From Eledone cirrhosa (lineage: Eukaryota): a DNA stretch of 64,000 nucleotides. Shown here piece after piece: positions 42,989-54,620 of the stretch. Numbering within the stretch: position 1 is the first letter of the stretch; each line of letters begins with the position of its first letter. The stretch lies in NCBI GenBank assembly GCA_964016885.1, contig OZ024750.1:9176001-9240000 (forward strand), in the 5' to 3' direction. The notes beneath the pieces are model-generated. The model saw nothing but the letters and a program-made list of their open reading frames with translations. It was not told the DNA's origin and did no database searches. The position numbers and the translations under genes were made by a program.

Positions 42989-43368
42989 GATAGATATGTA
43001 TGTATATTAGTTCTAGGCCTGAATGATCAAATAATTAACCGAAGACTATGCAGTAGGGATTAATAATTCTTTTTAGAACTGTACTATTGTATCTTCACCT
43101 TTTTAAATATAGTAAACTGTGAGTTGGGGGAGGTATGGCAGCTATTTCTAGCTCGTTAAGCGACCACGTGAATGTTCCTACGCTGACTCGGCTATATGTA
43201 TGTATGTATTATGTATATATGTCACACACATACAAGCACACTCACACATACAGGTACACAACTATATATAAATACATACCAACACACACAAGCACGCACG
43301 CATGCATACATACATACATACATACATACATACATACATACATACATACATACATACATACATACATA

Positions 43369-43898
43369 CATGGTGGCTGCCAACTCATTTTTGAGTTCGG
43401 CCACTACTTTATATCCATGTAGGAGAACCCCTACCGATGCGCTGAACGAGTTTGACTTTTTAGTCCAGCCAGCGTCTTGAAAACTCTGGTACAAACACTA
43501 CACTTGTGACAATTATTGACAGATAGTGTTGGGCCCATGGTACCATGTGATGACAAGTGCAGAGAGAACTCCAGATATAAAGGAATGCCTGTGCCGTGAA
43601 GCTTTTATAGTGAGCAAAGGCACTGCACAAAGCCAGTCCCACTCTCTTAACCAAGATGATATTTACCAAAAAGAAGAACAAGTTAACATCATTGGATACT
43701 ATCAGAGTTGCAGGTGTTATATCAGAGTTTTCCTTCTCCTAGAATTCATCTCTCCCGGTGATTTTGGATTGCCATTGACTCTTAAGAGCTCCTTTGCCCT
43801 TTGACAGGTTTTGTTTTTAGTCCTGCAGGATGTCCAAAGTCACCCTCCTCACCAAGAAATCTTGGTGGGGTTGCCAGTTTAGTCGCCAACAACCCGAC
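43369..43898 (-). mobile_element. Copy of the ~610-bp repeat (internally deleted)
   Basis: Reverse complement of 7160-7711, preceded by (TACA)n. Confidence 0.85.
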
Positions 43899-43959
43899 TA
43901 TAAATAAATACTTACATACATACATACATACAACATGGGAACGTCAATAGCCCGTCTAA

Positions 43960-44045
43960 GTGAAGGAGCCCTGCGAGGTGGGGTGGTTGTTGCAGCGGAT
44001 GTCGCTGGCCATTGTCCGTGGAAATGCCTTTGCAATTTTGCCCGC
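43960..44045 (+). mobile_element. C-terminal fragment of a restriction-like-endonuclease non-LTR retrotransposon (CRE-like)
   Basis: KEPCEVGWLLQRMSLAIVRGNAFAIL matches the QRxSxAxxRGNA terminal motif. Confidence 0.6.
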
Positions 44046-44319
44046 GGGGAGCAGCCGAAACCCCACGCTGCCCCACTGCGTTAAGGGTACGTGTGTCTGT
44101 GGAATGCTCAGACACCTCCACTATAATTCAAAGGGCTCATCTCGTCACATTCTGTGTCACGCTGAATCTCCCTGAGAACTACGTTAAGGTTACCAGTATC
44201 TGTAGAATACTCAGCCAAGCCATTTGCATGTTAATTTCACGATTAGGCTGTTCCGTTCATCGTATTAACTGGAACACTCGTCGTCTTAACTGACGGAGTG
44301 CCATTATATAATACTAATA

Positions 44320-44512
44320 CGGCGGTGGATTGGCAGTATCGGTGGAAAGTCGGACGCCATCCTTTGCAGCATAGAGTTACGCCCCTTTACGGCCTGAGTT
44401 CAAATCCCACCGATGTTAACTTTGCCTTTCATCCTTACGGGGGTCGATAAAATAAAGTACCAGTAATACACTGGGATAATTGGTGGCCTTGTGCCAAAAG
44501 TAGAAACAATTA
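44320..44512 (+). mobile_element. SINE family 1, full length
   Basis: A-box, B-box, central domain and tail all present. Confidence 0.9.
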
Positions 44513-44677
44513 TACAATACTAATCATAGCTCTGCTATTATCATGTACTCAATAGATTTCCTGTCGTGTTTTCCTTGACAACTGGATGAAATACTATGTT
44601 CCAGATTCCCAGATACCTTTCATATATTGTACCGATTGTGTTGTTATTTCTGTTTACCTTTTATATATATACATATA

Positions 44678-44713
<36 letters not shown>

Positions 44714-44819
44714 TGTATGTATGTATGTATGTATATATATATACATCTGTCTTTTGGTGGAGAGAGAGAGAGAAGTGGAGAATTTACTTTGTACGTTATA
44801 TCTCGCATTTTGATGTAGA

Positions 44820-44968
44820 GATTGTTGTTGTTGTTGCTGTTGTTGTTGTTGTTGTTGTTGTTGCTGTTGCTGCTGCTGCTATTGTTGTTATTGATCTTGT
44901 TGTTGCTGTGGTTGTTTTTGTTGGTGTTGTTGTTGTTTCTGCTACTGCTGCTGCTGCTTGTTTTGTTG
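44820..44968. repeat. (GTT/GCT)n trinucleotide repeat
   Basis: Visible tandem run. Confidence 0.9.
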
Positions 44969-45679
44969 TAATGTTTTCCTTTGAAAAATGGACTCTGTTG
45001 TTATTTTGATGTATGATGATTATATTTTGTATGTACTGTGTAAGTTGTGGTCTGAGATATTTTGGTCAGAATGGATGATGAGAGATAACTAACTGATTAT
45101 CGGGGTCAACTTATTGTTACAATATTACAAACCCTGTAATAACGATTTTATTGCAGTTTTTCATTTCGAAGTGTTAGCAAAACCGAATACAGAATATAGT
45201 ACCTATTCGATCGTGTCATTCGATATATTCTGATTTTTGCTAAACAAGGAGTGAAGCAGGGTAGTGTGGTCTAGAAAGGGTATCTGTTGATAGTTTCATT
45301 GTGCTGATTGTATAGCTTCCACGTGTGTTAGCTTCTTGTTTTGTCATTTCGTTCGATTTTAGTGTAGTTTGTGGTCGACATGCATTGATTATGTGCAGCT
45401 AATCAATTCAAATTCAGAACTTCTGAGCTATTGTTAGGTTTCACAGGTTTCACTCTAACCTCTCCGCAATCCGAGAGAAGGCTATCACTCTGCGTCAGTA
45501 CACGTTTGAATTTATTTTGTACTTTTGTTATTTGGGGTTTTTTCCCCTTTTCTAGTATTTCGTCCTTATACAAATAGAGAAGTGTTGCTGAGCTTGAAGA
45601 GAAAGATGTATGCTGCATATGTGAGAAGTACCGCGACTTATGGGAGCGATACATTAGGTATAAATCTAACTTAGAATAG

Positions 45680-46010
45680 CGTAGACAAGTGGAAAGAACG
45701 TAAATGAGAATAGTTCTGCATATGAGCGATACTTAGCTCAGAAAGAAGATGACAAACAATGGATTGAAAATGATAATGGGAATAGAATCCGTGAAGAATG
45801 TTATAAAAAGAGCTAAAATGGGATGTTTGAGTCATGTGGGGAGGAAGGATGAAATAAAAATGACTGAGTGAAATAAGCGATGGAAATTAGTATGGAAAGA
45901 AGTAGATGCAGAAGATCAAGAAATACATGGTTAAATATTATAAAAGAGGAAATGAAACCAGAAAGTTGGTAGAGGGTGATGCAGACGACAGGGCCAATTG
46001 TAGAAACTTT
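45680..46010 (+). mobile_element. Decayed RTE-clade LINE 3' fragment
   Basis: VERT*MRIVLHM...MGIESVKNVIKRAKMGCLSHVGRKDE followed by a R..R..R.TW segment. Resembles the RTE C-terminus (EMRMLRW...GHV.R), with stops. Confidence 0.6.
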
Positions 46011-46403
46011 TCATTGGACCTCCATATCTACCACTTGCTTTAGCAAGGGAAATTGACGTAAATCACTTCTCATTGAAGGGGAATACAGTCAGCTTGATAA
46101 AATAATATATTTTGAAGAGGTGCAATAAAACATTGGTATCGTGCGAAAGACGTTCATTAAAGTGTTATGTTGTACAAGGAGACGTGGTGAACAGCTATCG
46201 TGTATCTATCAATATTTTCACTGCAAGGTCATAACAAGTGATAACGCATATTGTCAATATGTGGCATGTACATAAATAATATTGTGATTAGGATAAGAAA
46301 AAATTGAATCTATGTGTGTCACATGAAATGCAAAAACTGACAGCAAGTAAAACGTTAACTGAACTAGTTACAAATTGACAAATGATTGAATTATATATAT
46401 ATA

Positions 46404-46581
46404 TGTGGTTACTGTAAACAAAGTTTAAGATAGTAGCATGGACGAAACAAGAGAAGAAAAACAATCCTTCATCACCTTTATAACCGCATCTTGATCTCGG
46501 TTTTAAAGGTGATGAAGGATTGTTTTTCTTTACTTGTTTCGTCCATGCTACTATCTTAAACTTTGTTTACAGTAACCACAC
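46404..46581. repeat. Foldback palindrome, ~83-bp arms with an 11-bp spacer
   Basis: TGTGGTTACTGTAAACAAAG...ATAACCG / CGGTTTT...CTTTGTTTACAGTAACCACA. Confidence 0.9.
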
Positions 46582-46598
46582 AGCTCCTTTCGTTTCTT

Positions 46599-46695
<97 letters not shown>

Positions 46696-46790
46696 GTAGT
46701 ACTTTGGAAGGTAATATCCGTAGTGGTAGAGCGCTCAGTCCATGGGACGAGTTAGGTAGAAGTGGTTACACAACAGTTAGTTCACCATAT

Positions 46791-46828
46791 CGAGAACAAT
46801 TGTTTCACCTTAGCGGATCCTCAGCTCG
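46791..46828 (-). ncRNA. Minimal type I hammerhead ribozyme; partial inverted copy at 46834-46861
   Basis: Minus strand reads CGAG-CTGAGGA-T-CC-gctaa-GG-T-GAAA-CAATTG-TT-CTCG: helix I CGAG/CTCG, palindromic helix III ACAATTGT. Confidence 0.7.
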
Positions 46829-47294
46829 TAATACGAGCTGAGGATCCGCTAAGGTGAAACAGACAGACAGAGAGAGAGAGGGAGAGAGAGAGTCAGGCAG
46901 ATAGACAGACAGGCAGACAGAGGGAGAGAGATAAGTAGATGAGGAAGTTGCAAAGGTCACAGGAAATGGTTCTTCAATGTTATTATGGTAATTACCTTTA
47001 TTCAGAGTTACAGATTCAGCTTCCATTCTTCAATAGATTTATTTTTAAAATTTCAATATCTCATCACATATTCCGTTACAATTGTCATGCCACCATTAGT
47101 TAGATGAAATAATTGTTTCTACTTTTTGGCACAAGGCCAAACTATGTCCGACCCTCTACCGATACTGCCATGTTTCTCGGATGAAACGAAACAAAAAAAA
47201 AACAAAAAAAAAACCATGAGTTCGACCTAATATTATACAAATTGTTTGAATATAAGCTAACATATTTATTTTATTTATTTCAGGAAACCATTAG

Positions 47295-47889
47295 ATGATG
47301 GAAGGGTTTACCAAAGCAGATGGAAGAGAAGGCCATTGCTTTCCTGTAGGACATATGGGGACCCTTAACGAACAAGAAGAAACTCTTCTACCTGAAAACA
47401 AATTGAGAACAGAAAGCGACGGAGAATTATCACTTTACGAAAGGGAAGAAAAAGAAAAAAAACGAAAATTCAGTCATGATTACTTTAGCGATCCTGATAT
47501 TGTATGTGGAATTGGAAAATTTCATCCATCTTGTTTGCAAAATTTGAACAATATGTATTCATTTATTTTCTTCTCTGTGGGTTCAATTCTAACGTCATCC
47601 ACACTCAGTCCATATCTGGTGTCACAAGTGACAACCTTAGAACGCCAGTTTAATTTCTCTAGTGCAAGCAGTGGTTTTATTATGGCCTGCAACGACATAG
47701 GATTTTCTTTGGTAGTTTTGTTTATAAGTCACCTTTTTCGAAATGGACATGTACCGAGAATTCTCGCAATCAGCACTTTTATTTTCGGGTTGGGGGGTTT
47801 AGTATGTGCATTACCATTTTACCTTGATTTTCCTAGGGAAACCATTAACGAACATAATGTGTCCAGTTTTCAGTCATCAATTTATGCAG
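47295..47889 (+). CDS. SLCO: SLCO/OATP organic anion transporter, coding exon 1 (acceptor AG at 47282-83, so a 5' UTR exon lies upstream)
   Basis: CGIGKFHPSCLQ, SQVTTLERQFNFSSASSGFIMACNDIG, HVPRILA, ALPFY are OATP TM1-3 motifs. Donor GT at 47890. Confidence 0.95.
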
Positions 47890-49435
47890 GTATAGTTTAT
47901 TATTAATCTTGAATTTTCACCCCAAGCTTAACGTTTACCATTAAAGTTAGCCTTTCCCTTCGTATAACAAGCCATCGAAGTTTAAAGTTCCTTCTTCTCA
48001 ATTAATACACCTGTCTAGTATGAAAGTTATTTAGCCATGTTGATCACCTATGATCTACATTTCTCTCTCATGTATAACGCCGCAAGCTCATTTTCAAGAG
48101 GCGACATGGCAGGGTATATTAATGGGAGGAGGGTAGTTCTCCAATATATTCCTTATTTACTCAGATATAACCCCAAATTCAGTAATATTTACTACAATCT
48201 TCCTTCTGTACATTGATGACATGCTTGCTATTTCTAACAATAATATTAGTCCTCATTAAATTTAACTGAACACATCTCAATAATATTCAACAAGTATTAG
48301 TTACAAAGGACATATGAATATCGCTAAATATTTATGAAAATAAATACATGTGTCAAGTCCATTATTGTAAATATTTATGAAAATAAATACATGTGTCAAG
48401 TCCATTATTTGTAATTCAAGCTTACTTTTAGGATTATACTATCATCAACTTCAAAGGTGAAGTTGTTTACTCTAATGCGGACTTTAGTATTTTCAACAAA
48501 CGTCTCATATTCCTCAATAAAGAAAGAAAAAAATACATTTTTGCTGACATATACTAACATCATCCCTCCGCCGGGTTTTAAAAAGGCCCTATAACACTGT
48601 ATGTCAATGCAGTACCCACACGACTCCCTCAGAAGTTACGGGTCCAAACATACAATTCAATCAACTAGATTAAGTTTAAGTGTTATTTCTAGTTATACCC
48701 AATAACCTCAGAAAGAAACAATATCAAATATAAATTGAACAGAAAACTGTTATAACTTCGTGATGGTTTAGAGCAGTCATGGGCAACCTGCAGCCCGCGA
48801 AGCTTTCTGAATGGCTCACCTAAGTCCCCTAAATGAAATCTTTCTGATTTGTTTACCCAAACTTTTCAGTCGTAATTTATCTTTCTATCATTTTTACGAT
48901 CGAGGAAAACAACGTGTAAGAATTCTGAAGAAACAAATCAAAACAACCTGAATTACCACCTTTTTTTTATGTGGGCACAAATGTAAATTAGCGCTTGCGG
49001 CCCGTCTGATGATGAGCCATATCTCATGCGGCCCGCTTCTCGAAAAAGGTTTAGAGATTAGTATTATAATCCCGTACCACCCAAGGGAGTCGTAGGGGTG
49101 CTGTAGTGACATACTGTGTTTCTAGGGCATTTTAAAACCGAGTGGAGCCCATTTCTACAGGTCTGAACGCAACATATTTCTTCCAGAGAAGGATAGAAAG
49201 TGAAAGAGGGGAAGAGAGAAAGAGACATAGAAGAAACGAGCCCAGTACTAAACTGATATTTTTTTTATTGACCTCGAAAAAAAGGTACACTCGACCTCAG
49301 CAGAGAGCCGAAAACGATAACGCAAGATATTCTGTCTGACGTTCTAACAACTCTGTCAATTTGCCGCCTTCATGTCTTTTTAGTTTTAGCAATATTGTAA
49401 CAAAAGTATTTGACTTTATCAATATATATGTCTCA

Positions 49436-49790
49436 GGGCGATGGATTGACAGTATCGGTAGAGCGTCGGACGCCATGCTCTGCAGCATAGAGTTACGGCG
49501 CTCTACGATCTGAGTACAAATCCCGCCGAGGTTAACTTTGCCTTTCATCCTTATGGGGTCGATAAAATAAAGCACCAGTAATGTACTGGGGTCGATTTAA
49601 TCGACTTACCCCTCCCCCAAATTACTGGCTTTGTACCTATATAAGAAATCATTATTATATATGTCTTGAGTTCAAATCCCGCCGAGGTTAACTTTGCTTT
49701 TCATCCTTACGGAGTCGATAAAATAAAGTACCAGTAATACGCTGGCTAATTGCTGGCCTTGTGCCAAAAGTAGAAACAATTATTATATAT
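49436..49790 (+). mobile_element. SINE family 1, full copy plus 3'-half duplicate
   Basis: A/B boxes and two central domains. Confidence 0.88.
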
Positions 49791-49837
49791 GTCTTGATAT
49801 ATTTCTTCATTCTGAAATGTTTCTATATCATCAGCAG

Positions 49838-50053
49838 ATCAAACAAATTTGACAGATGAAGATTATATGTGTAAACAACAAGAGGGAGATACAGAAATAA
49901 AGAAACAGAGCAACACATCTTCCAATGTTTTAGCCCTGACTCTGATTGCTATCGGTATGGTATTACAAGGAATGGCTAAATCTGTTCGGAGACCAATGAC
50001 CACTTCCTATATAGATGATAACGTAAAAAAGACGCAAACTGGCAAATTTATAG
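49838..50053 (+). CDS. SLCO: SLCO coding exon 2 (NAGNAG acceptor; start 49835 or 49838)
   Basis: TM4 plus the TSYIDDNV motif. Phase 1/1 is consistent with neighbouring exons. Confidence 0.92.
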
Positions 50054-50207
50054 GTAAACCATTCACTTAGGTACCTTTTGTTTCTTTCATATGAGCGCGC
50101 GCACACAAACATACGTACAAACTACTCCCCCCCCCCCCATACACAAACACCCATTTTTTCAAATTCCATCCCGCCCGTCCCCTCAATCTATTTTATTTTT
50201 CATTCTT

Positions 50208-50243
50208 TCTTCTGAAGAAGGACTAGCGTCCGAAACGTTAAGA
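50208..50243 (+). ncRNA. Minimal hammerhead ribozyme (family C), intronic, sense strand
   Basis: TCTT-CTGAAGA-A-GGAC-tagc-GTCC-GAAA-CG-TT-AAGA, with palindromic AACGTT at helix III. Confidence 0.7.
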
Positions 50244-50394
50244 CCCTCTTCCTGCTATATCAAGCGTTAACCTAATATATACCTTCTATATACTGTACCT
50301 CTACCGATACTGCCAACCCACCGCCCTTGAGATGGAGGGTCTGTGGTTTTTCTCACAGATGTGAGAAAAACCACAGACCCTCCATCTCAACTCA

Positions 50395-50432
50395 CCTTTT
50401 GAAAAGCAGAAGAACTGCGAAACCGGTAAAGG
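50395..50432 (+). ncRNA. Variant-core (U3-A8) minimal hammerhead (family B), intronic, sense strand
   Basis: CCTT-TTGAAAA-GCAG-aagaa-CTGC-GAAA-CCGG-TA-AAGG: all three helices intact, GUA site. Confidence 0.65.
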
Positions 50433-50501
50433 AACCAAATAAATAAATATATTTTTTTTAAAAATAAGACTCCAGTTGCATTTTCGATTTCATCTCTTTT
50501 T

Positions 50502-50567
<66 letters not shown>

Positions 50568-50615
50568 CATTATATTTTAATGTAACACAACACAAATATA
50601 TTTTTATATTTTTAG

Positions 50616-50702
50616 GTTTTATCACAGCTATTGGAATATTTGGACCAGTAGCAGGTTTTGCAGTCGGGACTATGTGTACAAAAACCTACTATAATTTGAA
50701 AG
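50616..50702 (+). CDS. SLCO: SLCO coding exon 3
   Basis: GFITAIGIFGPVAGFAVGTMCTKTYYNLK (GP..G TM5). AG/GT boundaries, 87 nt. Confidence 0.92.
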
Positions 50703-50736
50703 GTAATATAATTGCATTTAGTATGATTCACTGTCA

Positions 50737-50812
<76 letters not shown>

Positions 50813-51021
50813 TAAGAAACGGAGATTCAGTGGTGCGACGAATAAGATTTATTAGACTAATTTACAATCGTTTCCCTGGTGACCAGCTCTGGCGACCAGC
50901 TCTGGCGACCGGAGCTCACCCGTCGGGGTCCTGACTCTTTTCCTATTACCCACTCTACTACCCTAAGTATCGAGTACTCTGGTGCGTTATGGTCCATCTG
51001 GTTCCTTACCACACTTCCTTC

Positions 51022-51067
<46 letters not shown>

Positions 51068-51171
51068 TATATATATATATAAAGATAACAGATTAAAGTT
51101 TAAGCAAAGAATCGCTACTTTCACTCTTATCGAGCCCTCTTTGCATTTTAGTCTTCACACTTATTATTATT

Positions 51172-51206
<35 letters not shown>

Positions 51207-51350
51207 ATGCTTTGGGAGGGTCATGTTGCCAATAAGAAACACACGCACCAGTTGCTTTCACTTCAATTTATTATAAATTAAATTTATAAATTTAGGAATT
51301 TATAAATTTCCGGTTGGTTGGTTCCACAACCAGACGATTGTTCATATATT

Positions 51351-51395
51351 GTCAAAGTTCTTTCGTCACACATTCTGTGACCTCTTCAGTCACTG
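51351..51395 (-). ncRNA. Hammerhead-like motif (family A'), helix I not evident
   Basis: Minus strand reads CTGAAGA-G-GTCACA-gaatg-TGTGAC-GAAA-GAACTT. Helix II covaries with the 3607 copy (GTCGCA/TGCGAC). Confidence 0.55.
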
Positions 51396-51512
51396 GGGAT
51401 TCTTTCTTTGTTTTTGTGCCTCTCCTTTGTTCTGTCCTACGCCATCATTAATATATATATATATATATTAATTCAAAATATTAACAAAAATAGAACTTCT
51501 TGTGATCAAGTA

Positions 51513-51579
51513 TATTTTATTATACATATTTCAGAGGTACTGAGCTAACTTCAACAATACGTCCTCATCAGATAAAATA
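51513..51579 (-). ncRNA. Minimal type I hammerhead ribozyme (family F)
   Basis: Minus strand reads TATTTTAT-CTGATGA-GGACGTATTG-loop-CAGTACCTCT-GAAA-TATGTA-TA-ATAAAATA, with a perfect 8-bp helix I. Confidence 0.8.
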
Positions 51580-51759
51580 AGATGATGCATGACATACCCT
51601 GACATAGTAGATGGTTAAGATCCAGTCATGGAAGTTCTAATTTTGTTAATATTTTGAATTAATATTAATAACTCCGGAAAACTAATTGTTGAGTGCTTCC
51701 AATCTATTGTAAAACTAATTCTTTGATTTATTCATTGAAACTTGTTTAACCTTTAAAAA

Positions 51760-51798
<39 letters not shown>

Positions 51799-52022
51799 TG
51801 GCGATGGAGTGGCAGTATCGGTAGAGGGTCGGACGCCATGCTTTGCAGCAAAGAGTTACGGCCCTTTATGATCTGAGTTCAAATCCCGCCGAGGTTAACT
51901 TTGCCTTTCATCCTTACGGGGTCGATAAAATAAAGTACCAGTAATGTACTGGGTAATTGCTGGCCTTGTGCCTAAAGTAGAAACAATTATATTATTTTAT
52001 AGTGCCTAAAGTAGAAACAATT
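51799..52022 (+). mobile_element. SINE family 1, full length with duplicated tail
   Basis: A/B boxes and central domain. Ends about 20 bp before the exon 4 acceptor. Confidence 0.9.
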
Positions 52023-52042
52023 ATATTATATTTCGACTTTAG

Positions 52043-52276
52043 AGACGAATTTGTCGCCAGAAGATCCGAGATGGATTGGTGCTTGGTGGCTTGGTTATAT
52101 CATCTTTGGAACAACAGCATTAATATCTACACTTCCATTGATATTCTTCCCAAGAAGACAGAGGAATGCTCCAAAAGATGATGAAGCTATTGAAATGAAT
52201 GAAGGCAAACCGGATACATGGAAAAATACAAAGTCTAAGAAGAGCGTAAAAAATTCAATTCTAAAAGAAATTAAAG
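52043..52276 (+). CDS. SLCO: SLCO coding exon 4
   Basis: OATP signature DPRWIGAWWLG, followed by TM6 ...PLIFFPRR. Confidence 0.97.
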
Positions 52277-52703
52277 GTTTGTCGTAGTTTCGTATTTTTC
52301 CTAATATTATATGGAATATTATAATACTTGTACGTATATCACGTGAGGGAAAGTTTTGATGGGAGGGGTGACGGGGTGAGACAGAAGAAAGAGAGAAAAT
52401 CGAATGTCGATGAGAGGAGGATAGTAATAGTATGAGGCAGAAGAAAGAGAAATACATCGATTTACATAATTAAACACACGCATACATTCACACACACACA
52501 CACATATATATATATATGTATATATATATATCATAGAAAAAACAAAAATATATCATTTGTCATATCAGTCTGAGAAGCAGATCGATACTGGAGTCGGGTC
52601 CATAACTCCTATGGGTCACATTGAGCCAATCCTCTACGAAACGCGCGTAACAGGTCGATACGCAATAAATATTTTTCATATGTAAACGAAACTTCCTCGT
52701 TTG

Positions 52704-52866
52704 ACGCAACTTCGAGTAACGCAACTTCGAGTAACGCAACTTCGAGTAACGCAACTTCGAGTAACGCAACTTCGAGTAACGCAACTTCGAGTAACGCAAC
52801 TTCGAGTAACGCAACTTCGAGTAACGCAACTTCGAGTAACGCAACTTCGAGTAACGCAACTTCGAG
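52704..52866. repeat. Perfect 15-bp tandem repeat (ACGCAACTTCGAGTA), about 11 copies
   Basis: Identical units. Confidence 0.97.
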
Positions 52867-52984
52867 CGATTAGCAGCCTCTAGACTCACCTGATCAATGA
52901 AACAATTGTTAATACCTGAAATAAAGCCCCTTGCTGTACAGCCGATCATGGTACTATTCAATCTTTCACTATATATATATATTG

Positions 52985-53246
52985 TTATATTGTTATACTT
53001 GGGGAGGGACATATTGTTGTAATAATATTGCCAGAAAAAAAGTAATAACAGCACACTCACTGTTTGGTTGGTTTTCGCTTCTGTATCTTTTATCTCCATA
53101 GTTAATTCATTTGGTAATCAACGTTTATCATTGATTGACCAACATTGATTACCATATAAATTAACTATGGAGATATAAAAGATATAGAAGCGAAAACCAA
53201 CCAAACAGTGAGTGTGTTCTGTTATTATTTTTTCTGGCAATATTAC
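52985..53246. mobile_element. Head-to-head family A palindrome
   Basis: Left arm on - strand and right arm on + strand of the 3585-3832 element. Confidence 0.8.
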
Positions 53247-53260
53247 ACGCACACGCACAC

Positions 53261-53297
<37 letters not shown>

Positions 53298-53320
53298 GAC
53301 AGATAGATAGATATACATAT

Positions 53321-53396
<76 letters not shown>

Positions 53397-54379
53397 GAGT
53401 GCTCTAAATCAGTTATAAACATTTATGTTTGTCGGACTTCCAACAAATTAAATACCACTTCTACTTATATATGTATATATATATAATATCCTTTGGTCAA
53501 AATGGATCGTGTGATATCTCTCAACGTGCATATATATTTTTTTATTTCTAGTCCTTAATTATTATTATTTCTAGTCTTTAATTATAATTAAATAATTATA
53601 ATTATTATATCTGGATGGTTTGATTTGATCACCTTTTTAGTTTTGATTGACATGTCCCAGATTATTGAGGCTAGGCCCCTGTTATATACCTTGTTTGGTA
53701 AATGTTTATACCATGTGGTCTCGTCCAATAGAAATGTTAACATATTGTCCAGTTGGATATATAGCTGTCGTCTTGATTAGGTCACAGTATATATTCTGAC
53801 TTGATAAAGCCTGGAACTCCAGTGACGACTGGAACTCTAGCTAAACCTGCATAGGTTTGAGCTGTCACACACACATGTTCAAATCCCGCCGAGGTTGACT
53901 TTGCCTTTCATCCTTACGGGGTCGATAAAATAAAGTACCAGTAATGCACTGGGTAATTGCTGGCCTTGCCAAAAGTAGAAACAACTATATTATATTATAT
54001 TATATTATATTATATTATTATATTTCGGCTTTAGAGACGAGTATATATTCTGACTTGGTAAAGCCTGGAACTCCAATGATGACATGGTGTCATTTCACTG
54101 CACTTACCGAGACTGATCTAGAACTAAACAACAATAACAACACGTAGGTGTTGTTTTACTGATTAAGAAAGAATTGTTTTTTTGAAATATTTTGAATTTG
54201 CTTAGTAAGAAAATACATCGATATTTTCTTAGAAATTCCTTTCAAAAGATTATTGGATTTTTTATATTGCATCGGAAGGTAAATCGTTTCATATCTTCCA
54301 TCTTGTAAATGTTGGCATTGCTTTTATTGTAAATAATGCTTTCCTAAACTTTTGATTACTTTGTATTTGTAACTAACTT

Positions 54380-54620
54380 AAGATTTTATAACCTAAATAA
54401 GGTTTTCAGTGAATTAGTGGTTATCAAGTGTTTGAACAAACGTGTTAGATTTACTGTCTTTATCTTAGATATTTGAAGTTGATAAAGGTGTACTTAAAGA
54501 TTATATCAGACGTCCCAGGTTTATAACTTGATTAATCTTGAAATGGATTGTAGTTTAAAATATCACTTTGTGTGGTCGAGTGTAATGTGAATGAGTTGTG
54601 AAGGTGTTGTACAGATTTCT
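54380..54620 (-). mobile_element. Possible highly decayed PLE GIY-YIG remnant
   Basis: Frameshifted FKINQVIN..TSDIIFKYT..NFKYL..KTVNLTRLFKH loosely resembles the GIY-YIG pattern. Confidence 0.25.

Noticed and set aside
48325-48409. 43-bp tandem duplication (another at about 14870-14970)
   Set aside because: Ordinary local slippage duplication with no evident function.
52560-53099. 179-aa ORF with (SKLRY)n
   Set aside because: Product of the 15-bp tandem repeat, antisense within an intron.
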